Shown here in pieces: positions 36,905 through 46,590 of a stretch of DNA of 64,000 bases; positions within the stretch are counted from its first letter, which is position 1, and the number at the start of each line of letters is the position of its first letter. Made by a program: the position numbers and the translations under genes. Below the pieces are notes generated by a model. That model worked only from the letters and a program-made list of their open reading frames with translations. It searched no databases and had not been told where the DNA came from. The DNA lies in contig JBQTHB010000007.1 of assembly GCA_052390235.1 (NCBI GenBank), positions 32,001-96,000 of the forward strand. The letters run 5' to 3'. This stretch comes from Deltaproteobacteria bacterium (GTDB lineage Bacteria > Desulfobacterota_D > UBA1144 > Nemesobacterales > CSP1-2).

Positions 36905-37626
36905 ATATCCCCGTAGAGAAATTGAAAAATAGAAATGGCGGCAATTCCCGCTGTTTCGGTTCTTAGTATTCTTGGTCCCAAGCCCAGTGGAATAAAGTTA
37001 AACTGTTTAGCCGATAGTATCTCATTATCGCTGAAGCCGCCTTCTGGTCCAATAAATAGGATAATATCTGTGGGCAGTTGGCTACTAGTATTAATATAAG
37101 ATTTCATATTATCTAAACAATTTTCATAAAATATAATCTTTAATCTATTGCCATCATTATAAGATTTAATAGCGGTATTGAAATCCACCACTTCTCCTAT
37201 AGCCGGAGGGGTCGATCTCCTGCACTGCTTTGCTGACTCTACTGCTATTTTTCGCCACCTCGGCGCTTTATCCGTGCGTCTTATTATTGACCTGCTAGTA
37301 ATTACAGGAATAATCTCCTTAACGCCGAGTTCCGTTGACTTCTCTACTATGAAATCCATTTTGTCAGCCTTGGGCAAGCCTTGCAGCAGCGAGATGTTTA
37401 ATCTCGATTCGGTTTCGACTTTCTTTTCAAGCAATATTGATACTGTTAAATCGCGGCTGGTGATTCTCTCTATTGCGCCTGTGTACTCGATGCCGCTCTC
37501 ATCAAATAGCGTCAATCTATCGCCGTGATTTAGCCTCAGAACCCTAACTATGTGCTTATGGTCTGAACCCGCAATTGTTGCGATACTGTTGGCAATCTGG
37601 GTCTGTTTTATGGGGAATCTGGGCAT
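36901..37626 (-). CDS. rsmE: 16S rRNA m3U1498 methyltransferase
   Basis: HIVRVLRL, EKSTELGV, IGPEGGF and LGPRILRTETA motifs. Confidence 0.96.
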   Translation of the reverse strand: MPRFPIKQTQIANSIATIAGSDHKHIVRVLRLNHGDRLTLFDESGIEYTGAIERITSRDLTVSILLEKKVETESRLNISLLQGLPKADKMDFIVEKSTELGVKEIIPVITSRSIIRRTDKAPRWRKIAVESAKQCRRSTPPAIGEVVDFNTAIKSYNDGNRLKIIFYENCLDNMKSYINTSSQLPTDIILFIGPEGGFSDNEILSAKQFNFIPLGLGPRILRTETAGIAAISIFQFLYGDI

Positions 37627-38011
37627 TGTGCTAATAAAATTATCTATTTGTTGGTGCCAGCTTTAGTTTCACATGGAACTAAATATTATTAGAATTCTAA
37701 GGAAATGGCATAAGCACCTCAAACTACTATTAATTTATGATTAATATCTGTGATATTTGGATAAACATTAAAGTAGCCTGTAAAATAATAATAAACCCCG
37801 TAACTGGGAGTGTATATAGCTAGTAAACAACGTAAGCTAAAGTAAAATGTTAGATAACCTAAATTTTAGTTAACAAACTGTTAATATCTACATAAAAACT
37901 CGATACTTACTTTAAGAACTGTGGAAAATTGCGCTTATTACTCGCTTGCAGTGTTAGATATAGCATTAAGTAATATTTATAACCTATAGCTAATTATAAT
38001 ATATATAGAAA
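37627..38011. other. AT-rich intergenic region, candidate replication origin (oriC)
   Basis: 385-bp non-coding AT-rich island. DnaA-box-like TTTGGATAA (37756), ATATCTACA (37884) and TGTGGAAAA (37920); A/T run at 37990-38011. Confidence 0.55.
37665..37680. promoter_or_regulatory. parS-like palindrome
   Basis: AGTTTCACATGGAACT versus consensus TGTTTCACGTGAAACA, inside a 22-bp near-palindrome at 37662-37683. Confidence 0.55.
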
Positions 38012-39541
38012 TTATCTCTGAGTCTCTCTAAAATATTCCACTAGCTCATTGCATAGCTCTTGTACTGTGTATTTTTTACAAATTATCTGAGGCTCCATTC
38101 CAATTTCTCTGATTGCCTCGGCTGTTATGGGACCTATACACGCAATAGCCGTTTTAGAGAGCGCGCGCCCCTCGCTACCGATTTCGGATATAAAATTCCT
38201 CGCGCTAGAGGAGCTTGCAAAAGTAACCGCGTCAATTTCCCCGCTTATGAGAAGCTCTCTAATTTTATTAACTTTATCCCCTGACGGTTTCATGGTTTCG
38301 TATGCCGCCACAACATGAACTTCTGCTCCCATCCGCGCTAGCTCCACCGGGAGTACCTCTCTTGCCTCCTTTGCCCTCGGAATGAGAATTCGTTTTCCCG
38401 CTATTCCAATTGCGCAGAAGCCGCTTATCAGTCCCTCTGCCCTGAAGTCGCTCGGCGCTATGTCAACCAAAAGCCCTATAGCGCTCACAGATTTAGCAGT
38501 TTGCTCTCCAATAGCGGCTATTTTTACCCCTTTTAACTCTCGAAAATCCACTCCATTCTCTCGGAGGCGGCTGAAAAAGCCCTCAACCCCATTGACGCTC
38601 GTAAACACTATCCAATCATATCGGCTCAGATTAGCCGCCGCCCCATCGAACTCCTCCCAGCTTTGGGGAGGTTTAATTTCTATTGTGGGAAACTCGATTA
38701 CGTCCGCTCCCTGCTCTTGCAAGAGCTTTGTAAACCCTCCTGCCTGTTTTCTCGCCCTAGTAACGAGGATTTTTTTCCCGAAAAGCGGCTTTCGCTCGAA
38801 CCAATTGATTTGCTCTCTCAGATTCACGACTTCGCCCACTATGACCACCGCCGGCGGGGAGATCCTCTCCACTGCCATAATTTCGCCGATTTGACCGATG
38901 GCACTTCGGAGGGTTTTTTGCTTTGGATACGTTCCCCATGAGATTATCGCCACTGGAGTGTCGGCCGGTTTGCCGAATTCGATTAGCTTCTCCATATTGT
39001 GCTTTAAGTTCAGGATGCTCATTAGGAATACCACTGTGCCGGTTTTGGCGAGCGCCTCCCAGGGGAGGGTTGATTCCTGTTTCTCCGGGTCTTCGTGTCC
39101 TGTGGCGACGATAAAGGACGATGTGAAATTCCGGTGTGTAAGCGGGATTCCGGCATACGCAGGCACGGCAAGCGCCGAGCTTATCCCCGGCACTATCTCG
39201 AAACTTATGCCAGCCCTTGCCAGAGCTTCGGCTTCCTCGCCGCCTCTGCCGAATATGAACGGGTCTCCACCCTTTAGGCGGGCGACTGTGTAGCCCTCGG
39301 ATGCCTTTTCCACTAGGATTTGATTGATTTGCTCCTGCGGGATTTCGCGGCTTTTTCTCTCTTTGCCGACGTAAATCCTCTCGGCGCTGGGTTTGGCGTA
39401 ATCGAGAATCAAGGGGTTTACTAGGTAGTCATAGACGACAACCTCGGCTCTCTGTAAATATTCCTTTCCCTTCACGGTCAGAAGCCCCGGGTCTCCGGGA
39501 CCCGCGCCTATGAGATATACCGGCCCTTTTCCAGCGTTCAT
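38012..39541 (-). CDS. cobA: Uroporphyrinogen-III C-methyltransferase / uroporphyrinogen-III synthase fusion (CobA-HemD)
   Basis: GAGPGDPGLLT and RLKGGDPFIFGRGGEE, then ILVTRA, FTSVNGV, FASSSSA and CIGPIT. Confidence 0.96.
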   Translation of the reverse strand: MNAGKGPVYLIGAGPGDPGLLTVKGKEYLQRAEVVVYDYLVNPLILDYAKPSAERIYVGKERKSREIPQEQINQILVEKASEGYTVARLKGGDPFIFGRGGEEAEALARAGISFEIVPGISSALAVPAYAGIPLTHRNFTSSFIVATGHEDPEKQESTLPWEALAKTGTVVFLMSILNLKHNMEKLIEFGKPADTPVAIISWGTYPKQKTLRSAIGQIGEIMAVERISPPAVVIVGEVVNLREQINWFERKPLFGKKILVTRARKQAGGFTKLLQEQGADVIEFPTIEIKPPQSWEEFDGAAANLSRYDWIVFTSVNGVEGFFSRLRENGVDFRELKGVKIAAIGEQTAKSVSAIGLLVDIAPSDFRAEGLISGFCAIGIAGKRILIPRAKEAREVLPVELARMGAEVHVVAAYETMKPSGDKVNKIRELLISGEIDAVTFASSSSARNFISEIGSEGRALSKTAIACIGPITAEAIREIGMEPQIICKKYTVQELCNELVEYFRETQR

Positions 39542-39585
39542 TGCTGGGTAAATAGAAAACCGAACGCCGCTTGATTGTCAAGATT

Positions 39586-39837
39586 CTATAAACACGGCAC
39601 GTTCGGAGGAGTTCCCTGCCCGCTCAGGGCGGCGCATCTTGCAAGGTCGGCACAGCTAATTCTAAGATGCCCCAGCGACGGGTCGAGGTGTTGCAGCGTC
39701 TCGACTCCAACGGGGATTTTTGCGCAGACGCTGGGCTGAAATTCTCCCGCGCCTGCCCTATGACCTGCTACGTAGCTCGCTCCGGCGGCGCATCCTGAAA
39801 TTAAAATTAGAGTGGCAACTGCGGCTAGTCTTTTCAT
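39586..39837 (-). CDS. Small hypothetical lipoprotein
   Basis: MKRLAAVATLILISGC lipobox after an AAGGAG SD. Four further Cys residues. Confidence 0.55.
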   Translation of the reverse strand: MKRLAAVATLILISGCAAGASYVAGHRAGAGEFQPSVCAKIPVGVETLQHLDPSLGHLRISCADLARCAALSGQGTPPNVPCL

Positions 39838-40075
39838 GAGTGTCTCCTTATTCGCTAAAAAGTAGATAATCTGCCGCACAGATATTTGCCCATGAGAGCG
39901 CGCGTGTGGCAATTATCTCACCTAGGGCGCGCCGCCTGCGGCAATCGGGGCTATGGAGCTATATTATAGCAAGATAAATTTCCGCAGAGCGCGGCTTTAT
40001 TAGCGCGATTCCAAAACACTCGCTAGATATTCTAGGTGGAATAGCTTTTTGAAGGTGAATTATGTGGTGTGGGGT

Positions 40076-41548
40076 TTACCTTGCCCCGATGGTGAGCAGG
40101 AAAGAGCCTGTGGCTTCCTGAGCGAGTTGCCAAGTGGATAGAGGGATGACTCCAAGCATGACGACGCACACGGCGAGAACCGCAATAGCCAGAGCCGAGG
40201 AGAGCTGAAACGATGGGGACTGATACCCGGCCCTCTCCTCTTTCATGTAGGCATACACCAGAACCCTCAAATAGTAATAAGCTGACACCACGCTATTGAG
40301 AATTCCAATCACCGCGAGCCAGTAGAATTCCGCCTTCACAGCGCCTAAGAAAACCCTGTATTTGGCAAAAAACCCTATTGCCGGAGGAATCCCCGCGAGT
40401 GAAAACATAAAAATCCCAAGCGCCACAGCCAAAAGCGGCTTCCTGCGCCACAGCCCCGCTATGTCCTCGTAGCTCTCGCATTCCTTCCCCTGCCTTGAGA
40501 GATATGCCAGTACGCCGAACGCCCCGAGATTCATAAAAGTATAGGCGAATAGGTAGTACATCGCCCCGCTCAAGCCCAGCTCCCCGCCCCTGTAGCCAGC
40601 CACTACCCCTACGAGAATATACCCGGCATGAGCGATGCTTGAATATGCGAGCATCCGCTTTATGCTTGACTGCGTTATCGCTGCCAAGTTTCCGACCGTC
40701 ATTGTGAATACCGATATAACCCACAGGGCTTGAATCCACGCCGCCTCGATTGTGCCGAACCCCTCGAAAAACACCCTCAGCAACACCGCAAACGCCGCCG
40801 CCTTAATCCCCGTTGACATAAACCCCGTAACAGTCATCGGCGCGCCTTCATAAATGTCCGGCACCCACTGATGAAGCGGGAACGCCCCGATTTTAAATAT
40901 GAACCCGACGAGCATCAGAGCCGCACCGGCAAGGTAAAGCGGGTTTGCGGCGTCGAAGCTCACTGCAATTTCACTCAGATAAATCGAACCCGAAGCCCCA
41001 TAAATAAGCGCCATCCCGTACAGGAGCATCGCCGACGAAAAACCGCCAAGAACGAGGTACTTCACCGCCGCCTCGGTTGAATTCGGGGATTTCCTATTAA
41101 ATCCCGAAAGCACATAGACCGCGATGGACATTATCTCAAACCCTAGGAACAGCGTCATAAACTCGCTCGCCGAGCCGAGTATCATCATGCCGCAGGTTGA
41201 AAACAGTATCAGCGCGTAGTATTCGCCGGGCTTCAGTCCCGTGTTTTCAATGTAATTCTTAGAGAGCGCCGAGGCAAAAAACGCTCCGGTCAGGAAGATC
41301 AGATTGAAATACGCCGAGAATGCGTCGAGTGAGACCGCCCCGCCGAACGCCTCCTGCCCTAGGGAGCCAAATCTGCCGAGATTGAGCGCGAAACTAGTGC
41401 CGATTCCCCAGACGGCTAGCCAGAAGAGATTGGCTTTGCCCCGCCCTTGGAGGAATGGGTCGAGTGTCATGAGCAGGATTCCCGCCACAACGAGGGTGAT
41501 TTCCGGGGCTATTGACAGGGTACTGGCAAGGACTTGGGCTAGATCCAT
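40076..41548 (-). CDS. nuoN: NADH-quinone oxidoreductase subunit N
   Basis: EAAVKY, FKIGAFPLHQWVPDIYEGAP, KRMLAYSSIAHAGY and SLAGIPP motifs. Confidence 0.95.
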   Translation of the reverse strand: MDLAQVLASTLSIAPEITLVVAGILLMTLDPFLQGRGKANLFWLAVWGIGTSFALNLGRFGSLGQEAFGGAVSLDAFSAYFNLIFLTGAFFASALSKNYIENTGLKPGEYYALILFSTCGMMILGSASEFMTLFLGFEIMSIAVYVLSGFNRKSPNSTEAAVKYLVLGGFSSAMLLYGMALIYGASGSIYLSEIAVSFDAANPLYLAGAALMLVGFIFKIGAFPLHQWVPDIYEGAPMTVTGFMSTGIKAAAFAVLLRVFFEGFGTIEAAWIQALWVISVFTMTVGNLAAITQSSIKRMLAYSSIAHAGYILVGVVAGYRGGELGLSGAMYYLFAYTFMNLGAFGVLAYLSRQGKECESYEDIAGLWRRKPLLAVALGIFMFSLAGIPPAIGFFAKYRVFLGAVKAEFYWLAVIGILNSVVSAYYYLRVLVYAYMKEERAGYQSPSFQLSSALAIAVLAVCVVMLGVIPLSTWQLAQEATGSFLLTIGAR

Positions 41549-41618
41549 GGCTTATTAATCCTCGAATCCGAGTGATGAACGGATGACGGTTGCAGTAGCG
41601 GGGGAATTTTTGAAATCT

Positions 41619-41647
41619 AGTATGTGCGAGGGGAGGGGGATTGTCAA
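41619..41647 (-). promoter_or_regulatory. Sigma70-type promoter of nuoN
   Basis: TTGACA, 17 bp, CATACT on the minus strand. Confidence 0.55.
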
Positions 41648-41718
41648 GTTGACGGATTCTCCCGTCCCCTCGGCTAATGGGGGGTGATACTTATGACTAA
41701 TTCTGCGCGCTGCGGCCC

Positions 41719-42771
41719 CTAGTTGAGCGGGCGATTTAACGCCGGTGTTTTGTGGCTTGGGTTGTCGTACCAATCGAAGTATTTTCTCGCGTGGTCTCTG
41801 CCGGATTTTACGAGGTCGCGCTTGGTTTGATCTTTGAGTGAAAAATCCGTTGTGCCTACGCCGAGGGTGTCAATGTAAATCGTGCGGTGCCAGTCGTCGT
41901 TGTGGAGGTGCTGATTGGACTGAGCGTCGAGTATGGTTTTAACGAGGTTTGAGGCGTAATCGAAGAAGTCGTTGATTTTATTCACAGGCGGTTCGGCTTG
42001 GTCTCGGAATACGGCAATTTCTTTTGCGGAATCGAGCCTGAAGCCCAGGGTTTCTTTGTTATAGATGTAGTTGCTTAAGAATTTGCCTTCATTTTTGAGG
42101 GCTTCGTTGTGGGCTTTGTAGTAGGCAGTATCCATCGTGTGCTTGCTAAAATTGGCGATGTCAACGTATTTCTGCCTGTCAAAGAGTTTTACGGGGTAGT
42201 TGTCCAGTAGCCCTCCGTCAACATAAACGTCCCCTCTTAAACTCTTCTGGGCTTTAAAGAACAGCGGAATTGACATGGAAATCCGCACGGCATCAGCAAT
42301 TGGCATTCTTGGGGTGTGTTCGTAAGAGAAAACCTCGGCGAAGTGGGTCGAGACGTTTGCCCCGACAAAGTACATATCTTTAAATCCCTTTTTATCCTTT
42401 TGGTCGAACGCCTCTTTAAAGGTAGTCTCGCTATTTCCGGTTTTTGCCCAGATTCGCTCTGCAACCCACTCGCGGAAAAAATCGCCCTTATACCAGCCGT
42501 ATTCTTTTATAAGCCTCTCGCTGTCTCTCAGCAATCCCCATGAGTCGTCGAGGAATTTATTAAAATTGAGGGCGAATAAAATATCGCGCACCTCTTTATT
42601 CGTATATCCAAGCCCCAGCATCATCGCGTTTATAGCCCCGGCTGATGTGCCGCCGACGCGCTTTATCTGTGGCATGATGCCCTTGCTCTCCAACTCGTCC
42701 ATTGCCCCTACATAGGCGATTCCCTTAACGCCTCCGCCTTCAAACACGAGATTTCTAAATGGATAGTTCAT
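41719..42771 (-). CDS. Patatin-like phospholipase (ExoU/VipD-like subfamily)
   Basis: FEGGGVKG, GTSAG, SMSIPLFF and YVDGG motifs. ATG 42771 follows GGAGGG. Confidence 0.92.
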   Translation of the reverse strand: MNYPFRNLVFEGGGVKGIAYVGAMDELESKGIMPQIKRVGGTSAGAINAMMLGLGYTNKEVRDILFALNFNKFLDDSWGLLRDSERLIKEYGWYKGDFFREWVAERIWAKTGNSETTFKEAFDQKDKKGFKDMYFVGANVSTHFAEVFSYEHTPRMPIADAVRISMSIPLFFKAQKSLRGDVYVDGGLLDNYPVKLFDRQKYVDIANFSKHTMDTAYYKAHNEALKNEGKFLSNYIYNKETLGFRLDSAKEIAVFRDQAEPPVNKINDFFDYASNLVKTILDAQSNQHLHNDDWHRTIYIDTLGVGTTDFSLKDQTKRDLVKSGRDHARKYFDWYDNPSHKTPALNRPLN

Positions 42772-42966
42772 AGCGCCGCCCTCCGTTGTTTGGTTTCCAT
42801 GCTGTGGAATTGGGCAAAATCCGTGCCGCATGAATTCAGGCTCTAATAGCGCAGAAGAATCAGAAATATCGCCTGAATCCGGCAAATCCCACTATGAGAG
42901 GGCAAATCAGATGGTAAATTTACCCTGCGCTTTGGGTATTTTTACCATAGAGGCTACTGCTCCCGT

Positions 42967-43911
42967 ATGAAGCTCTCAGTCCTAATTCTCATATTTGCGG
43001 CTTTTGCCATAGCGTGCAGTGAAACGCAGGCTCAAACCCCTGCCCCGGCTAAAACTCCGAAGCTCAGTGGCAGGATAAATCACGGCGGCATTCAGAGAAC
43101 CTACGCATTGCACATTCCAAAGCTCTACGCCGGCAAGCGCTCCTATCCCCTTGTGATTGCGCTTCACGGTCTCGGCGGTAGCGGCGGGGGGATACGCCAA
43201 TCCCTAAAGCTCGACGACGCCGCCGACAAAATGGGGTTCATCATCGCGTATCCGGACGGCGTTGGGGCGAGCTGGGCTGATGGGGGAGGGGTTACGCCTG
43301 CCGATAGAGCCGGAGTTGACGACGTCGGATTTATCTCGGCTCTGATTGATAGTCTCGTAAGTAGCCTCAAAATTGACCCCCGGCGGGTTCATATCGTGGG
43401 GTTTTCAAACGGCGGGATGCTCGCCTACCGCTTAGCCTGCGAGCTGTCGGATGGGGTTGCCGCCGCCGCGTCGGTTATGGGGGCGATGACTGGAGGGATG
43501 CCGAGTGGTTGCCGCCTGCAAAGAGCGGTATCGCTGATGCACGTACACGGGATGGCGGATTTGATTGTACCTTGGGAGGGAGGCGAGGCGCGTATTGCCG
43601 GGGTTGAGGGGTGGAGGACATATTCGATTCCGTCGGGGGTGGAGATGTGGGGGAGGCTTCTGGGATGTTCTAGTGCCGCTATTGCTATTTATGAAATAGC
43701 TGGGCGAAACGTGATAAACCAAACATACGGGCGATGCTCCGGCGGAGCCGAGGTTGCTCTCTACGGGATAGTCGGCTGGGGACACGCCTTTCCCGGCGCG
43801 GTTAGAAAAATACCTCTTCCAGTTCCCTCGTTTAACCTCGCGCTAGAAATCGGACTGGAGGAAGCGATACTTCGCTTTTTTAATAGACATCGCCAAGCGA
43901 ATACTAATTAG
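42967..43911 (+). CDS. Secreted alpha/beta hydrolase (LpqP / PHB-depolymerase-like esterase), lipoprotein
   Basis: Lipobox AIAC, ALHG, DDVGFI, GFSNGG (Ser), HGMAD (Asp) and GHAFPG (His). Confidence 0.88.
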   Translation: MKLSVLILIFAAFAIACSETQAQTPAPAKTPKLSGRINHGGIQRTYALHIPKLYAGKRSYPLVIALHGLGGSGGGIRQSLKLDDAADKMGFIIAYPDGVGASWADGGGVTPADRAGVDDVGFISALIDSLVSSLKIDPRRVHIVGFSNGGMLAYRLACELSDGVAAAASVMGAMTGGMPSGCRLQRAVSLMHVHGMADLIVPWEGGEARIAGVEGWRTYSIPSGVEMWGRLLGCSSAAIAIYEIAGRNVINQTYGRCSGGAEVALYGIVGWGHAFPGAVRKIPLPVPSFNLALEIGLEEAILRFFNRHRQANTN

Positions 43912-43936
43912 GCAGGCTTAGGGGGTAAACTCCGCC

Positions 43937-44356
43937 GAGAAATCTTATAGCGATAGCGATAAATCCTCAATCAGATTGCTCTCTGTGTTCGGAATGACAA
44001 AGGGTGAGAGCGTTCGGAATGGCAGAGCCTGTCTGTCATTCTCACGAAAGTGGGAATCTAGAGCTTGACGGAGTTTATCCTGAGTTCATCGGAGGACTCA
44101 CTATGAAGGCATTGCCTACTGTGAAGAAAACTGGATTCCCGCTCAGATGATTTGCGGGAATGACAACCCTCCTGCATTGTCTTCAGTTGTTGCCTCCTCC
44201 GCGTCAACTTGCGCCGCCCCCCTGTTGTCATTTCGATGGAGCGCGTTAGCGACTGAGAAATCTTCACCCTGAGCGGAGTCAAAGGGCGATAAATCCTCAA
44301 TCAGATTGCTCTCTGCGTTCGGAATGACAAAGGGTGAGGCGTTGCGAGGATGACAA
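43937..44356. repeat. Cluster of REP/MITE-like palindromic elements with a 53-bp direct repeat
   Basis: 43956-44008 and 44286-44338 differ at one base. Nested inverted repeat TGTCATTCTC..GGGAATCTAG / CTGGATTCCC..GGGAATGACA at 44034-44165. Confidence 0.85.
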
Positions 44357-44447
44357 ATTTAGCCGCCATCTATTGTTGCAAATTACCGCCAATTTTTGAG
44401 CATTTCCGCTTTGCTCGGTATTCTCAATGCTGGGGGAGGGATTTGTC

Positions 44448-45122
44448 ATGAACACGCCCGATCACGCTTATTGGACTTACGCGCTATTTCGTGGGAAGCC
44501 TTGGGTGGCTAAGGCGGCGGTTGCGTCCGTGCTTCCAGACCTGGCGTTTACTCTCTCTTCGATTTACTATTTTGCCGCCTATGGTTTCAGCATGAGCGTG
44601 TGGGACAGGGCTTTTCAAAGCGAGTTGGCGAAACCTCTTGCCTACGCCGCGCACTCAATACCGGTGTTTACGCTGATGCTTGCCGCGGCGATAATTGCCG
44701 GGAGACGGGGGTGGTTTCCGTACTTCTGGGGCTGGGGGCTTCATATCGCATCTGATGTGGCAACCCATGTCTCGGACGCTCAGCCCGTGCTTTGGCCCCT
44801 GTCCGATGCGGTGTTTCCAAGCGTCCTTTCCTATTGGGAGGATGCCTACTACGGAGGGGAATTTACGGCGGCGAACCTCGCGCTTCAGGGCGTTTTTGCC
44901 TTATATTTGCTGATGCCTCGAAGTAGCAAATTGTTTCAATCCAAGTCGGCAGGGCGCGCGGCGTTTTTTGGATTTTTCGCGCTCTATATTCTCTCGGGGC
45001 TGTTCTTAATGTTTAGGCACGGGTACATCATCGGAGGGGCGGCTGGGCTTTATTTGATTCCTCCGGCGCTGTTTCTATTGGTCGCGCTCAAATCGCTGGG
45101 ATTTGCGGGGAAGCGGGGCTAA
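44448..45122 (+). CDS. Membrane-bound metal-dependent hydrolase-like protein (YdjM-like)
   Basis: TPDH, SVLPD, AHSI, LHIASD..TH and LWPLS motifs. GGAGGG SD before ATG 44448. Confidence 0.65.
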   Translation: MNTPDHAYWTYALFRGKPWVAKAAVASVLPDLAFTLSSIYYFAAYGFSMSVWDRAFQSELAKPLAYAAHSIPVFTLMLAAAIIAGRRGWFPYFWGWGLHIASDVATHVSDAQPVLWPLSDAVFPSVLSYWEDAYYGGEFTAANLALQGVFALYLLMPRSSKLFQSKSAGRAAFFGFFALYILSGLFLMFRHGYIIGGAAGLYLIPPALFLLVALKSLGFAGKRG

Positions 45123-45192
45123 TGGGAGATTTCGGCGATTCTCCTCTCGAATTTCTTAGGGATGGCGTAGAGATGACAAAATCGTATGAAAA

Positions 45193-46575
45193 ATGTCGAG
45201 CCGCAGGGGTAGTGCTATGAATAGCGGCGCCGCGCTTACTCGAAGGGCAATAATTTGGTTCAGAAGGGATTTGAGGGTTCAGGACAACTCCGCCCTCTGC
45301 CGCGCCGTGCGCGAGTGCGCCGAGGTGATTCCGCTTTTCATCCTCGACGACGATATAGTTCAGACTCTGCCGCCGAAGAGCAAACGCCTTAGATTCGTAC
45401 TTGACGCGCTTGAAAATCTCGATGCCGAACTCAGGGCGCTGGGTTCATATCTGATTGTTCTGAGGGGCCGCCCCGCTGAAATCCTCCCCAATCTCCTCCG
45501 CAAATACGCAGTTGCCGCCCTGTATGTGAATGAATCCAACACCCGCCAAGGGCTGAGCCGAGACGCCGCCATCGCATCAATCTGCAGGAGCGTGGGTGTC
45601 CAGTTCAACTCCTCGGACGACGCGCTCATTGTCCCGCTTGAGGCCGTGCCGGCGAGGAAGGTGTTCACCCCATTCTACAGGCTCTGGCTTGCGGCTCTCG
45701 AAAATAGGGATTTGCCCGCCGTCCGCGCTATTGAATCTCCACGCATCGAAATTGAGCATATATCGAAACTTCGGGAGGGCTTGAGCTATTCGGATGACAA
45801 TCTGTGGCGGATGGATTTTCCCCGCGCGCGGCTTCTCGATTTTGATTTCTGCCGCTACGGGGATGTGAGAAATTTCCCCGCCGTGGACGGGACATCGCGC
45901 TTATCACCCTATATTCGCTTCGGAGTGGTATCGGCTAGGGAAATTTATAGAGCCGCATCTTCCCTTCCCGGCGATGCTGGGGTCTATGTGTCGGAGCTTG
46001 CGTGGAGGGAGTTTTGGTATCACATCATGCGGCGCTTCCCGGAAACGGAAAAGCTCGAATTCCAAGAGAAGAGGCGCGGCATCGCATGGCTGAACAACGA
46101 GGCGCACTTCGAGGCGTGGAAGGAGGGCAGGACGGGCTATCCGATAGTTGACGCCGGGATGCGGCAACTCCTAGCGGAGGGCTGGATTCATAACAGGGTT
46201 AGGATGATTGTCGCATCGTTCCTGACTAAGGACCTGCTCATTGATTGGCGCTGGGGGGACAGGCATTTCTTTGACCACCTAGTTGACTACGACGAGACGG
46301 TTGACATTGGCAATTGGCAGTGGGCGGCGTCCGTCGGGGCAGACCCCAAACCGCTTAGGATATTTAATCCGATGCTGCAGTCCGAGAAATTTGACCCTGA
46401 ATGCCGGTATATAAAAAAATATGTGCCGGAGCTGCGGCGCTCTGAGCCTCGGCACATACACTCCCCGCTCGATTTCGACCTTCCCTATGTTCAGCCCATA
46501 GTGAACCACTTTGAGATGAGCCGCGTAGCCAAGGAGCTATATGCAAAATCGGAGCGCGGATTCTCTGATGTTTAG
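45193..46575 (+). CDS. phrB: Deoxyribodipyrimidine photolyase (cryptochrome/photolyase family)
   Basis: WFRRDLR, TSRLSPY, WREF, GRTGYPIVDAGMRQL, HNRVRMIVASF and RIFNP motifs. Confidence 0.93.
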   Translation: MSSRRGSAMNSGAALTRRAIIWFRRDLRVQDNSALCRAVRECAEVIPLFILDDDIVQTLPPKSKRLRFVLDALENLDAELRALGSYLIVLRGRPAEILPNLLRKYAVAALYVNESNTRQGLSRDAAIASICRSVGVQFNSSDDALIVPLEAVPARKVFTPFYRLWLAALENRDLPAVRAIESPRIEIEHISKLREGLSYSDDNLWRMDFPRARLLDFDFCRYGDVRNFPAVDGTSRLSPYIRFGVVSAREIYRAASSLPGDAGVYVSELAWREFWYHIMRRFPETEKLEFQEKRRGIAWLNNEAHFEAWKEGRTGYPIVDAGMRQLLAEGWIHNRVRMIVASFLTKDLLIDWRWGDRHFFDHLVDYDETVDIGNWQWAASVGADPKPLRIFNPMLQSEKFDPECRYIKKYVPELRRSEPRHIHSPLDFDLPYVQPIVNHFEMSRVAKELYAKSERGFSDV

Positions 46576-46590
46576 GGCTGTTGGAGCCGC

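Noticed and set aside
41719..42771. Patatin as a CBASS CapV effector
   Set aside because: No CD-NTase nearby, and the motifs fit the ExoU/VipD-like subfamily.
469..43911. PHA metabolism cluster (thiolase, patatin, PHB-depolymerase-like esterase)
   Set aside because: The genes are far apart and there is no phaB, phaC or phasin in the window.
43937..44356. Possible CRISPR array
   Set aside because: Only two 53-bp copies, 330 bp apart, with palindromic filler. No regular spacers and no cas genes.
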